Notes: generated from the letters alone by a model not told the origin. Counted from the first letter of the stretch, positions 22,032 to 33,253 are shown. The stretch is DNA of 64,000 nucleotides from an uncultured Acidobacteriota bacterium (GCA_963700145.1 OY969474.1:2240001-2304000); one strand, 5' to 3'. Program-made: numbers and translations.

Positions 22032-23198
22032 CTAGTCGGCGGCGGCGGGGCGGTCGAAGACCTTGCCGACCGTGCGCAGGACGAGGACGGCGGGCGCCAC
22101 CCGCTCGACCTCCACCTCCGCCGTGCCCGGCAGGCCGTGCTGCAGCGGCAGCCGGGAGCGGCGGTCCGGCCGCAGGGCGAGCTCGACGCGGATGCGCCCG
22201 TCGCGCGGCTCGCTGGCGACGCGGGCGACGCGCGCGGCCAAGTGCCCGTACTGCGCCGAGGGGAAGCCACTCAGGACGATCCGCGCCGGCTGCCGCGGCC
22301 GGATCCGGCCGAGGGCGGAGGCGGGCGCGAACTCGGCGATCCCCTTGAGGTCGCCCGCCGGCACCACCATCCCGAGCTGCTCGCCGGCGGCGACGACCGA
22401 GCCGACCCGCACCGCCGCGATCTCCGCGACGCGGCCGGCGACTGGCGCTCGGATCGCGCGCAATCCGACGTCGCGCTCCAGGCGCCGGACGGCGGCGCCG
22501 GCGGCGGCGGCCTGCCCGGCGAGCAGCGCCAGCTCGCGCTCCAGCTCGTCGACGTCGCCGCGCCGCTCGCCCTCGGTGCTCCGCTCCTCGTAGCCGAGGC
22601 GGTCGAGGGTGCGGCGCAGGGCATCGGCGGCGGCGCGCCGCTGCTCGGCCGCCGAGCGCGCCCTCTCCGCCTCGGCCGCCGGCACCAGCCCCTGGGCGAG
22701 GAGGCGCTCCTGCCGGTCGGCCTCCTGCTGCGCCAGCCGCGCCGCGGCCTCCGCCTCCCGGGTCTTGGCGAGCGTCTCCTCGATGCCGGCGCGGGAGGCG
22801 CCGAGCCGGCCGGCCAGCGACCGCCCGCCGGCCGCGATCTGCTGGCGCAGAGCGGCGATCTGCCCGGCGAGAGCGTCCCGCCGCGCCCGCTCCTCGTCGA
22901 GCCGCGCCCGCGGCTCCTCCGCCTCCAGCTCGATCAGGACTTGGCCCTGGCGCACCCGCTGCCCGAGCGCCGCCCGCACCGCCGCCACCCGCCCCTCGAC
23001 CGGCGCCGCCAGCGGATGCGCCTCGCGCCCCACCGCCAGCCAGGCGCGGTCCGTGACCTCGTACACCGACACCCGCCCGCGCACGAACCACACCCCCCAG
23101 GCGCCGAGCAGCAACAGCGCCGGCACCAACCCGGCGATCCACCGCCGGTGGCCGTCAACCTCAAGGGCGCGCAACGTGCGCGAGAACGGGCTGGGCAT
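22032..23198 (-). CDS. HlyD family membrane fusion protein
   Basis: N-terminal TM, APVEGRV and IRAPVAGRV half-lipoyl motifs, long coiled coil. Confidence 0.9.
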   Translation of the reverse strand: MPSPFSRTLRALEVDGHRRWIAGLVPALLLLGAWGVWFVRGRVSVYEVTDRAWLAVGREAHPLAAPVEGRVAAVRAALGQRVRQGQVLIELEAEEPRARLDEERARRDALAGQIAALRQQIAAGGRSLAGRLGASRAGIEETLAKTREAEAAARLAQQEADRQERLLAQGLVPAAEAERARSAAEQRRAAADALRRTLDRLGYEERSTEGERRGDVDELERELALLAGQAAAAGAAVRRLERDVGLRAIRAPVAGRVAEIAAVRVGSVVAAGEQLGMVVPAGDLKGIAEFAPASALGRIRPRQPARIVLSGFPSAQYGHLAARVARVASEPRDGRIRVELALRPDRRSRLPLQHGLPGTAEVEVERVAPAVLVLRTVGKVFDRPAAAD

Positions 23199-23275
23199 GC
23201 GAGTGCGGCAGCGTAGCACCGGCCAAGGTCAGCCCTTCGAGTCACCGCTCGTCGTGGGACGGCTCCAGAGAAGAA

Positions 23276-23304
23276 TTGACCGCTTCGACGCGCGAGAATA
23301 GACT
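23276..23304 (+). promoter_or_regulatory. sigma70-like promoter
   Basis: TTGACC-N17-TAGACT upstream of ATG 23355. Confidence 0.6.
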
Positions 23305-23354
23305 TGGCTATCCGTTGTCGTCATCGTCGCGTGCGCACACGCCGGGAGGCTCAC

Positions 23355-25463
23355 ATGATCTTGGTCAAGACGTCGCATCGCCGCGGCCTGTTTGCGTCGG
23401 CATGTGTGATCGCGTGTTTCTCGCTTGGCGGCATCGCGCTCGCGGGCGAGATTGATGGCGACATCGCCAACACGAACCCGATCAGTTGCGGAAGCAACCC
23501 GGCCGCCTCGATCGTCAAGGTGTGCAACACCGTGAAGAAGGTCTTTTCCTCGATCACCTGTCCGAGCGATAAGAATTCGTGTGTCAAGCCAAAGCGGGAG
23601 ATCTTCACAGGCCTGACCGTCGAGGGCGCGACGCCCACCAATATCAAGCCGTGGAACGGACAAGGCGGCGGCGGCGAGGTTTTCCAACTGGTCGGCGTCT
23701 GCTTGATGCGCGACCTGGCCGTCACACCCATGAAGTCGCATGCGGAGGCGACCATTGAGGTCGGGCTGACAAGCGCGACGGTCTCTGCGGACGGCCTCGT
23801 CTCTTACGGGAGGTTCGACAAGACCGATCTGACCAAACTGCGCTTCGAGGGCTTCCACAGCTTGCGCGCGCATGCGCCGATCATCGGCGACATCGACATT
23901 TTCACGCAGCCCTTCTCGCTGCAGACGGTCTCGCAGTCCCTCCAGGGCCAAGGGTTGAAGGTCGGCGGCTACGACGTCTATGGCGCACAGGCGCTCGAGC
24001 TCGAAGCGGTGGGCGGAGCCCAGAGGTTCGACTTCGCCCTCGATGCCATCAAGATCGTGACGCCCTACGGGACGATCTCGCCCCAGCCCCATGTCGGATT
24101 CGCGCAGGTCCTCGGCTGGAGCATGTCGCCCTATGGCGGCGCCAGCACGATGCTGCTCAATCCGGGCGCGTACCAAGTCACCGACGTCTATGGCCGCCTG
24201 GGCGGACAGAAGGTCGCGAGCGGCCTCAACGTCGTCAAGACGACAAGCGGCCCTGGCGGGCCGGGCTGCATCCCCGTCCAAATCAGTCCCGACAAGATCT
24301 GCCCCAATCCGGTTGGTTGGGACAGCCAAGTTCTCCTCGGCTCGCGCAACGTCAACCTCGATACGTCCATTGCGGTGAACACGCCTTGGACAGCGCCGCC
24401 CGGCGTCGCCTTTCCGGATCGGCCGGACGCCCAACCGCAGCGCGCACGCGGCGATGCCGAGAAGACACCCGGCGGTGCTGCGTCGGCCGGTATCAAGATC
24501 GAATACACGCCGCCCATTCCGCTGCCGGAGATACCGGCCCCTGTCGCGTTGACGGCGAAGCTGAGCGTGTTCGTCGATCCCAATATCGTCGTGCTCTACG
24601 GAAGCCAGTACAATCTGTGGAACGGACAAGTCGGCACATGGCTGCCTGGAGGCGTGCCGTTCGGCGCGCCGACCTTGGGTACGCCGGTCGACGTGCAAAG
24701 CCTACAGAGCATGGCGATCTATGCCGCCTCGACGGTCTATGGCCGCTTCGCGCTCGATGCCGGGGTCGACATCGTGCTCCACGTGCACATCACGCTGCCC
24801 AAGGTGTGCAGCCCCTTCGACTCCGACGAGTGCTGGCCGGACGACATCGACTTCGACATTGTCGATCTCCATCCGCGTACGGCGTTTCTGGAGAGCAAAG
24901 CCGGTGACACGGAGCCTTCGGAGCAAGCCGCCTTTGCGCTCGTCGACTCGCAAAACTTCGTCAAGACCCAGAAACTCTTCAGTATCTTCACACCGCTGAA
25001 TGGCACGCCCACCGACGGCGTCGCCTACATCGAGCAGTGCCTGAAGCAGGATGCGCCGGCGGCGCAAGATCCGCCCGAGAATCCCTACGTTCCGGGCGAT
25101 CCCCAAGCCCTCGTTGAAGTGATCGAGATGCCCTGCAATGTCTGCCTCGGCATGCCGGACATCAAGTATCAATACCCTCTCGAGTGGGACCCGGTCACCG
25201 CCCACGTGACGAAGTCGGAGACCCGCACGCAGGAAGGCTTCGGCATCAAGCAGCTGCCAGAGGTGACAGACGGGCTTGAGCCGGGTGATCAATGGCTATG
25301 CGCCTGGGTCCCGCAACTCGAGCGGGTCGTGAACTTGGGCTGCTACGACCAATGCCGGGTCAACAAGGCGACCAACACGTTCACGGTGATCGCCTCCGCC
25401 AAGACACTTTGGGCAGAAGGCAAGTTCACCGGCGAATCGTTGCCGCCCCACGGCTGCCTCTAA
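23355..25463 (+). CDS. secreted Cys-rich hypothetical protein
   Basis: GGGAGG RBS; signal peptide ending ALA; 16 Cys in the mature part; visibly lower GC. Confidence 0.8.
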   Translation: MILVKTSHRRGLFASACVIACFSLGGIALAGEIDGDIANTNPISCGSNPAASIVKVCNTVKKVFSSITCPSDKNSCVKPKREIFTGLTVEGATPTNIKPWNGQGGGGEVFQLVGVCLMRDLAVTPMKSHAEATIEVGLTSATVSADGLVSYGRFDKTDLTKLRFEGFHSLRAHAPIIGDIDIFTQPFSLQTVSQSLQGQGLKVGGYDVYGAQALELEAVGGAQRFDFALDAIKIVTPYGTISPQPHVGFAQVLGWSMSPYGGASTMLLNPGAYQVTDVYGRLGGQKVASGLNVVKTTSGPGGPGCIPVQISPDKICPNPVGWDSQVLLGSRNVNLDTSIAVNTPWTAPPGVAFPDRPDAQPQRARGDAEKTPGGAASAGIKIEYTPPIPLPEIPAPVALTAKLSVFVDPNIVVLYGSQYNLWNGQVGTWLPGGVPFGAPTLGTPVDVQSLQSMAIYAASTVYGRFALDAGVDIVLHVHITLPKVCSPFDSDECWPDDIDFDIVDLHPRTAFLESKAGDTEPSEQAAFALVDSQNFVKTQKLFSIFTPLNGTPTDGVAYIEQCLKQDAPAAQDPPENPYVPGDPQALVEVIEMPCNVCLGMPDIKYQYPLEWDPVTAHVTKSETRTQEGFGIKQLPEVTDGLEPGDQWLCAWVPQLERVVNLGCYDQCRVNKATNTFTVIASAKTLWAEGKFTGESLPPHGCL

Positions 25464-25639
25464 GTGATCGAAGGGCGACCTTCACCTAGAACTCTCTCGC
25501 CGTCCGCTCCGGGCTGACCCGCTCCGCCGGGTAGCGGCGAGAGGGCTCCGCGAGCCGCTGCGGGGAATCCCGCGGCCGCCGGGATCAGCGCCTCAGGAAA
25601 CGGCTCTGAAAGACGCTAAACGTCGAAACGGAAAGGGGG

Positions 25640-25996
25640 TTACCAAGCGCCAGACGACAGAGAGGGGTGGAGCTTGAGGAGCCTCTTGGGAGCCGTGTTC
25701 CGCCAAGCCATCACGAGGGCGTCGTAGACGGTCGCCGCATCGGCGTTCTCGAGTGTCACGAACGTGGCCCCGCGCCTGCCCCAGCCGCCGGGAACCGGCG
25801 CGAACACCTCCGGCCGGGCGCGAGTGAGCGCTTCTTGCTCCTCGTGGATCAGTTTGACCATGGCCCTGCCGCTGTCGGGGTAGCCCAGCGTGGCGAAGAT
25901 CTTTCCGCGCACCCGGAAGTCGGGATGATCCATGTGAGACTTCTCGGTGGCCTCCGGCAGCGACAACGCGAGGCTGCGAAACTCTTCAGCGGTCAT
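25640..25996 (-). CDS. MmcQ/YjbR family DNA-binding protein
   Basis: SLPEATEKSHMDHPDFRVRGKIFATL, GWGRRGAT. Confidence 0.88.
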   Translation of the reverse strand: MTAEEFRSLALSLPEATEKSHMDHPDFRVRGKIFATLGYPDSGRAMVKLIHEEQEALTRARPEVFAPVPGGWGRRGATFVTLENADAATVYDALVMAWRNTAPKRLLKLHPSLSSGAW

Positions 25997-26813
25997 CGAA
26001 CATCCCGCTGATCTCCCGATAGCTCACGGCTTCGTCCGCGAACGCGAAAGTGCCGTGCTCGCGCATTTCGCGGGCGGCGCGGAGGAAGGCGCCGAGGGCG
26101 GCGCGGGAGAGGGCGCTGCCGACGCTGACGCGCTTGACGCCGATCGCCGCCAGCTCCGCCAGGCTCAGCCGGCTGCCTTGCAGGCCCATCACGACGTTGA
26201 CCGGGCGATCGACGGCACGGACCACGGCGGCGATGTCGTCCTGGCTCGTCAGCCCCGGCGCGTAGAGGACATCAGCGCCGGCCTCCTGATAGGCCTGCAG
26301 CCGCTCGATCGTGTCTTCGAGATCGGGCCTGCCGACCAGGTAGTTCTCCGCCCGTGCCGTCAGCGTGAACGGAAAGGGCAGCGAGCGCGCCGCCTCCGCC
26401 GCGGCGCGGACGCGCTCGGCCGCCAGCCCGCGCTCGTAGATCGGCTCGCCGCCCGGGCGATTGGTGGAGTCTTCGATCGAGCCGCCGACCGCCCCCGCCG
26501 CCGCGGCCAGCCGGATGGTCTCCGCGGCCGTCCCGGGATCGTCGCCATAGCCGTTCTCGAGGTCGGCGCTGACCGGCAGATCGGTGGCCGCGGCGATCGC
26601 GCGCACGTGCGCCAGCATCTCGTCGCGGCCGATCGTGTTGTCCCGCTGCCCGACGGAAAACGCATAGCCGGCGCTGGTGGTCGCCAGCGCCTCGAAGCCC
26701 AGGCCCGCGAGGAGCCGCGCCGTGCCGGCGTCCCAGGGATTGGGGATGAGGAACGCGCCGTCCCGTTCGTGGAGGGCGCGAAAGACGCCGGCCTTCTCCG
26801 CCTGGGCGCTCAC
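25986..26813 (-). CDS. isocitrate lyase/PEP mutase family protein
   Basis: PNPWDAGTA, ALATTSAG, PVSADLENGYG, GGSIED; GTG at 26813. Confidence 0.9.
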   Translation of the reverse strand: MSAQAEKAGVFRALHERDGAFLIPNPWDAGTARLLAGLGFEALATTSAGYAFSVGQRDNTIGRDEMLAHVRAIAAATDLPVSADLENGYGDDPGTAAETIRLAAAAGAVGGSIEDSTNRPGGEPIYERGLAAERVRAAAEAARSLPFPFTLTARAENYLVGRPDLEDTIERLQAYQEAGADVLYAPGLTSQDDIAAVVRAVDRPVNVVMGLQGSRLSLAELAAIGVKRVSVGSALSRAALGAFLRAAREMREHGTFAFADEAVSYREISGMFDDR

Positions 26814-27298
26814 CACGGCTCGTCGGCCGTCGGCCCGTAGATCGACGGCAGCGGCACGTCGAGGAGCCGGAGGTACACGGTGAGCTGGCCGCGGTGGTGG
26901 ACGAGGTGGTTGATGTGGGTGCGCACCACCGTCCCGCGCGGGGCGGTGAAGAGGACCTGGCCGCCGCGCTTGAGCGACCAGGGGACCGTGAAGTCGGCGT
27001 CCTGGACCTCCGCCAGCGCCTCGCGCGTCGCGCGGACGTTCTTGTCGAACTCGGCGAGCAGCGTCTCCGTCGTCTCGAAGCTGTAGCCCGCAGTCCCCGC
27101 CAGGTCGAGCTCGGTCCCGCGGAGCGTGTTGGCCACCCAGCCCGGCATCCAGGCGACGAGCTGGGCGAGGTGCCCGAGGGCGAACGACTTGGGATGCGGT
27201 TTCCAGCTCCCCTTGTCGCTCGGCACCCGCTCGAGCAGCCGCCGCGTCGTCGCCATCTCCTGATCGAACTCGGGCAGCAGGGTCTCGGCGATGGCCAT
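26810..27298 (-). CDS. DinB/YfiT family protein
   Basis: WKPHPKS, HLVHHRGQLTVYLR; ATG at 27298 with GGAGG RBS. Confidence 0.9.
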   Translation of the reverse strand: MAIAETLLPEFDQEMATTRRLLERVPSDKGSWKPHPKSFALGHLAQLVAWMPGWVANTLRGTELDLAGTAGYSFETTETLLAEFDKNVRATREALAEVQDADFTVPWSLKRGGQVLFTAPRGTVVRTHINHLVHHRGQLTVYLRLLDVPLPSIYGPTADEPW

Positions 27299-27360
27299 GG
27301 CGTTGCCTCCGTCCGCTAGCATAGCCGGGGTCGCGAGGACCTCGAATCGCGGGAGGACGG

Positions 27361-28776
<1,416 letters not shown>

Positions 28777-28795
28777 GGCGCCAGCGCGGGATCCG

Positions 28796-29866
28796 ATGGC
28801 CGCCGACCGCCGCATCCTGCACTGCGACATGGACTGCTTCTACGCCGCGGTCCACGTGCGCGACGACCCGTCGCTGCGCGGCCGGCCGCTGGTCATCGGC
28901 GGCCTTCCCGAGAGCCGCGGCGTGGTGGCGGCGGCGAGCTACGAGGCCCGCCGCTACGGCATCCACTCGGCGATGCCTTCGGCACGCGCCGTCAAGCTCT
29001 GCCCCGACCTCCTCTTCCTGCCCCCCGACTTCCGCCGTTACCACCGCGAGTCGGAGCAGATCTTCGCCATCTACCGCGAGGTCACGCCGCTGGTGCAGGA
29101 GGTGTCGATCGACGAGGCCTACCTCGACGTCAGCGACCACCTCGGCGCGGCCGGCACCGCCACCGCCGTGGCGCGCGAGATCCGCCGGCGGGTGCGCGCC
29201 GAGCGCGGGCTCACCGTCTCGGTCGGCGTCGGCCCCAACCGCCTGGTCGCCAAGATCGCCTCCGATTTCCAGAAGCCGGACGGCCTGACGGTGGTGCCGC
29301 CGGCCAAGGTGCTCGACTTCCTGGCGCCGCTGCCGGTGCGGCGCCTCCACGGCGTCGGGCCGGCGACCGAGCGGGCGCTGGCCGAGCTCGGCGTGACGAC
29401 GGTCGCCGAGCTGCGGGCGCTCGACGCAGCGCTCCTGGCCGCCCGCTTCGGCCGGCACGGCGACACCCTCTGGGAGTTCGCGCGCGGCATCGACGACCGC
29501 CCGGTCGAGCTGGAGCGCGAGCGGAAGAGCCTCTCGACGGAGACGACCTACGCCGCCGACCTGGTGGGCCTCGCGGCCGTCGAGGCCGAGGTCGGGCGGC
29601 TGGCCGCCGGCCTCGCCGGCGACCTCCGCCGCCGCAGCCTCGGCGCCTGCACGCTGACCCTGAAGCTCCGCTACGGCGATTTCACGACGATCACCCGCTC
29701 GCGCACCCTTGACCTCCCGACCTGCGACGAGCGCGCGATCGCCGCCTGCGCCCAGGATCTCCTCTCCCGCACCGAGGCCGCCACCCGCCCGGTGCGTCTG
29801 CTCGGAGTCGGCGCCTCGAACCTCGTCCGCGGCGAGGTCTGGCAGCTGCCGCTCTTCCAGGGCTAA
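28796..29866 (+). CDS. dinB: DNA polymerase IV
   Basis: HCDMDCFYAAV, ASYEAR, SIDEAYLD, AKIASD..KPDG. Confidence 0.95.
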   Translation: MAADRRILHCDMDCFYAAVHVRDDPSLRGRPLVIGGLPESRGVVAAASYEARRYGIHSAMPSARAVKLCPDLLFLPPDFRRYHRESEQIFAIYREVTPLVQEVSIDEAYLDVSDHLGAAGTATAVAREIRRRVRAERGLTVSVGVGPNRLVAKIASDFQKPDGLTVVPPAKVLDFLAPLPVRRLHGVGPATERALAELGVTTVAELRALDAALLAARFGRHGDTLWEFARGIDDRPVELERERKSLSTETTYAADLVGLAAVEAEVGRLAAGLAGDLRRRSLGACTLTLKLRYGDFTTITRSRTLDLPTCDERAIAACAQDLLSRTEAATRPVRLLGVGASNLVRGEVWQLPLFQG

Positions 29867-29886
29867 GGCGCGAAGGCCTTCGCGCC
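29867..29886. terminator. perfect 20-bp palindrome directly after the dinB stop
   Basis: GGCGCGAAGGCCTTCGCGCC; no U-tract. Confidence 0.4.
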
Positions 29887-30033
29887 GGGCTCCGATCCGG
29901 TGGCACACCCCTTGCTCTCTTCCCCGGCCACACAGGGCGCGGAAGGTGCTGCCAGTCCTAGAGCGGTCGCCCTGATTTCTCCAGCCGCCAACCGCTCGGG
30001 AAGCCTTCCGGGCCTTTCATGGAGGAAGCCGCC

Positions 30034-30198
30034 GTGTTGAGATGGGCACTGATCTTCCTGGTCGTCGCACTGATCGCCGCGGTCCTCGGCTTCGGTGGCA
30101 TCGCCGGTGGCGCCGCCGAGATCGCCAAGATCCTCTTCTACCTCTTCCTCGTCGTCTTCGTGATCTCCCTGATCCTGGGGCTGGTGCGGAGAGCCTGA
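30034..30198 (+). CDS. DUF1328 (UPF0391) small membrane protein, missing from the ORF track
   Basis: [35 protein letters not shown]...; GGAGGA RBS. Confidence 0.92.
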   Translation: MLRWALIFLVVALIAAVLGFGGIAGGAAEIAKILFYLFLVVFVISLILGLVRRA

Positions 30199-31274
30199 AC
30201 CCCAGCGGCGGCCGCCTGCGCGACGCTTCCACGGGGCCGTTCTCCGTCCGCTCGGCGGCGCTGAGCGGCCTCTTCGTCCTCGCCTCCCTCTACACCCTCT
30301 ACTTCGCGCGCTCCTTCATCCTGCCGGTGGTGCTGGCGCTGCTGCTGAGCCTGGTGCTCCAGCCGCTCGTCCGCGGCCTGAAGCGGCTGCGCATCCCGGC
30401 GGGGCTGGGCGCTCTCCTGGTGCTGCTGGCGCTGCTCGGCACGCTGGTGGCCGCGGGCTACTACCTGGCGGGGCCGGCCATCGAGTGGATGGACCGCGCG
30501 CCGGGGAGCATGCGGACGCTCGAGACCAAGCTGCGCGAGCTCAAGGCGCCGGTCGAGCGCATCGGCGAGGCGACGGCGCGGGTCGAGGAGATGACCCAGG
30601 TCGGCGAGGAGGGGCCGCGGCCGGTGGAGGTCGAGAGTCAGAGCCTCGGCCAGCGCCTCTTCCAGAACACCTGGAACTTCGTGGCCAACGCCTTCCTGGT
30701 GCTGGTGCTGCTCTACTTCCTGCTCGCCGCCGGAGACCTCTTCCTGCTCAAGGGGGTGCGCGTCCTGCCGACGCTGGCGGACAAGAAGCGCGCGGTCGAG
30801 ATCCTGCGCCAGGTCGAGAGCGAGGTCTCGGCCTACCTCTCGACCCTCACCCTGATCAACATCGGCCTCGGCGCCGCGGTCGGGCTCGCCTTCTGGCTCC
30901 TCGACATGCCCAACCCGGTGCTTTGGGCGGTGATGGTGGCGCTGCTCAACTACATCCCCTACATCGGCGCGATTGTCGGCGCCGCGGTCATGGCGGTCGT
31001 CGCCTTCCTGACCTTCAAGGAGACCGGGCACGCGATGCTCGTGCCGCTCGCCTACCTGGTGATCAACTTCGTCGAGAGCTACTTCGTGACGCCGATGGTG
31101 CTCGGCCGCCGCCTGACGCTCAACCCGGTGGTGATCTTCGTCGGTCTGACCTTCTGGGGCTGGATCTGGGGCGTGACCGGGGCGCTCATCGCGGTGCCGC
31201 TCATGGTGATCCTCAAGATCCTCTGCGACCACAGCGAGCGGCTGGCGCCGGTCGGCGAGTTCCTCGGCTCGTAG
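30195..31274 (+). CDS. AI-2E family transporter (start uncertain, possibly CTG at 30195)
   Basis: Multiple TM helices; [31 protein letters not shown]. Confidence 0.85.
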   Translation: MNPSGGRLRDASTGPFSVRSAALSGLFVLASLYTLYFARSFILPVVLALLLSLVLQPLVRGLKRLRIPAGLGALLVLLALLGTLVAAGYYLAGPAIEWMDRAPGSMRTLETKLRELKAPVERIGEATARVEEMTQVGEEGPRPVEVESQSLGQRLFQNTWNFVANAFLVLVLLYFLLAAGDLFLLKGVRVLPTLADKKRAVEILRQVESEVSAYLSTLTLINIGLGAAVGLAFWLLDMPNPVLWAVMVALLNYIPYIGAIVGAAVMAVVAFLTFKETGHAMLVPLAYLVINFVESYFVTPMVLGRRLTLNPVVIFVGLTFWGWIWGVTGALIAVPLMVILKILCDHSERLAPVGEFLGS

Positions 31275-31309
31275 CGGAGACGCCCGCCGGCCGGTGCTAG
31301 TTTAGGGCC

Positions 31310-31834
31310 ATGACCGGCCCTTCCTCGATCTTCAACGACCAGTACCCCGATCCCCGGCGGGTCGAGACCACCCGGCTCGCCGACCAGCTCGAGCGCTCCT
31401 TCCGCGGCGGCGCCTGGCACGGGCCCGCCCTCGCCGAGGCGCTGGAGGGGGTCGACGCCGACGCCGCCGCGCACCGCAGCGCGGAGGGCGTCCACACGAT
31501 CGCCGAGATCGCCGGCCACGCGGCCTTCTGGATCGACGCCGCGCGCCGCCGGATGGAGGGCGAGAGCGTGACCGACGTGCCGCCGGAGGTCGACTTCCCC
31601 CGCGACGGCGCGGCCACCCCGGAGGCCTGGCGGCAAACCCTCGCCGGCCTCGAGCGGGCGCACCGCGGCCTCCACGCGGCGCTCTCGGCGCTCGACGACG
31701 AGCAGCTCGACGGCGCGGTGTCCGGCTCGGACCCCACGGTGCGCGGGCAGCTCCTGGGCATCCTGCAGCACAACGCCTACCACGCCGGCCAGATCATGGT
31801 GCTCAAGAAAGCGAGGGGCGGGAGCCCGCGATGA
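31310..31834 (+). CDS. DinB family protein
   Basis: AWHGP, HTIAEIAGH, HNAYHAGQI. Confidence 0.85.
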   Translation: MTGPSSIFNDQYPDPRRVETTRLADQLERSFRGGAWHGPALAEALEGVDADAAAHRSAEGVHTIAEIAGHAAFWIDAARRRMEGESVTDVPPEVDFPRDGAATPEAWRQTLAGLERAHRGLHAALSALDDEQLDGAVSGSDPTVRGQLLGILQHNAYHAGQIMVLKKARGGSPR

Positions 31835-32823
31835 CGCCCGTGGAGCAGCAGGTCGCCGAGCGGCTGCTGGCGCGGCGGCAGCAGCTCGCCGAGCTCGCCC
31901 AGGCGCGGCGGGAGCAGCGGCTCGTCGACCTGCTGCGCCGCGTCGACGGGGCGCTGGCGTCGCTCGAGATCGGCGACTGGGGGATCTGCGCCGTCTGCCA
32001 CGAGCACATCGGCGAGGAGCGGCTGGAGACCGACCCGCTGATCAGGGTCTGCCTCGAGTGCCTCTCCGCCGAGGAGCGCCAGTCCCTCGAGCGCGACCTC
32101 GAGGCGGCGGCGCGGCTGCAGCGGTCGCTCCTGCCGCCGCCGCGGCTCGTCCACGGCGGCTGGGAGCTCGCCTTCCTCTGGGAGCCGCGCGGGGCGGTAT
32201 CGGGCGACCACGTCGACCTCCTGCGGCCGCGACGCGACGACGAGCCGCTGCACCTCCTGCTCGGCGACGTGGTCGGCAAGGGGGTGGCAGCCTCGCTCCT
32301 GCAATCGCACCTGCACGCGCTCTTCCGCGCCCTCGCCGCGCCCGACCTGCCGCTCGGCGAGCTGCTGGCGCGCGTCAACCGGCTCTTCTTCGAGGCCACG
32401 ACGGGCGCGAGCTACGCCACCATGGTGGCGGCGCGGCTCCATCCCGAGGGCCGCGTCGAGCTCGCCAACGCCGGCCACCCGCGCCCGCTGCTCGCCGACG
32501 CCCGCGGCGTGCGGCCGGTGGAGGGCGCCGGCCTGCCGCTCGGGCTCTTCGCCGGCAGCGGCTACGAGAGCCGCGACCTGTCGCTGCGCGGCGGCGAGAC
32601 GCTCGTGGTCTACACCGACGGCTGGACCGAGGCGACGGCGGGAGACGACGAGGAGTTCGGCATCGGCCGCGCCGCGGCGGCGCTGCGGCGCGCGGCGCGG
32701 CTGCCGCCCGGCGAGGTGGTGGCGGCCTGCCGGCGCGAGATGGAAGCCTTCCTCGACGGCCGGCCGCGGACGGACGACCTGACGCTGCTGGCGCTGCGGC
32801 GAGCGGAAACGCCCGGCACGTAG
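31831..32823 (+). CDS. PP2C/SpoIIE (RsbU-like) phosphatase with N-terminal DksA/TraR-type C4 zinc finger
   Basis: CAVC..IGEERL...P....CLEC; SGD, GDVVGKG, NAGHP, YTDG, DDLT. Confidence 0.88.
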   Translation: MTPVEQQVAERLLARRQQLAELAQARREQRLVDLLRRVDGALASLEIGDWGICAVCHEHIGEERLETDPLIRVCLECLSAEERQSLERDLEAAARLQRSLLPPPRLVHGGWELAFLWEPRGAVSGDHVDLLRPRRDDEPLHLLLGDVVGKGVAASLLQSHLHALFRALAAPDLPLGELLARVNRLFFEATTGASYATMVAARLHPEGRVELANAGHPRPLLADARGVRPVEGAGLPLGLFAGSGYESRDLSLRGGETLVVYTDGWTEATAGDDEEFGIGRAAAALRRAARLPPGEVVAACRREMEAFLDGRPRTDDLTLLALRRAETPGT

Positions 32824-32836
32824 GCCGGGCGCTACG
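32807..32836 (-). repeat. GTAG-type REP-like palindrome, copy 1
   Basis: Minus strand GTAG-CGCCCGGC-ctacgt-GCCGGGCG; identical to 33224-33253. Confidence 0.75.
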
Positions 32837-33212
32837 TGTCGTCGCCGCTCAACCGGTCGATGTCGCGCCGCTCCTTCTTGGTGGGACGGCCGGCGCCCGT
32901 CGCGCGGCGCATCGGCGGGCGGCGCAGCAGGCGCTCGAGCGGGTCGAGGACGGGGCGCGGCGGCGAGAGGTCCTCGTAGAGCCGCGCCGTCTCCACCTTG
33001 GGCAGCGGCCGGTCGCGCAGCTCCTTGACGACCAGGACGCGCGTCCACTCGCCCTGCTCGACCTCGACCCGGTCCTCCAGCGCCAGGTGGCGGTGGGGCT
33101 TCGCGGCTTGGCCGTTGACCTTCACCCGGCCGAGCGTGCAGGCGTGGGTGGCCTGCGAGCGCGTCTTGAAGACGCGGGCGACCTGCAGCCACTTGTCGAG
33201 GCGGACGTCCAT
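32832..33212 (-). CDS. hslR: Hsp15-like S4-domain RNA-binding protein
   Basis: RLDKWLQVARVFKTRSQA, GRPTKKERR. Confidence 0.88.
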   Translation of the reverse strand: MDVRLDKWLQVARVFKTRSQATHACTLGRVKVNGQAAKPHRHLALEDRVEVEQGEWTRVLVVKELRDRPLPKVETARLYEDLSPPRPVLDPLERLLRRPPMRRATGAGRPTKKERRDIDRLSGDDT

Positions 33213-33223
33213 ATGAAGAAGAA

Positions 33224-33253
33224 AAACGCCCGGCACGTAGGCCGGGCGCTACG
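33224..33253 (-). repeat. GTAG-type REP-like palindrome, copy 2
   Basis: 30-bp identity with 32807-32836. Confidence 0.75.

Noticed and set aside
17192-23142. 1692-aa and 1274-aa giant ORFs
   Set aside because: High-GC upstream extensions; the true starts are 19321 and 22023.
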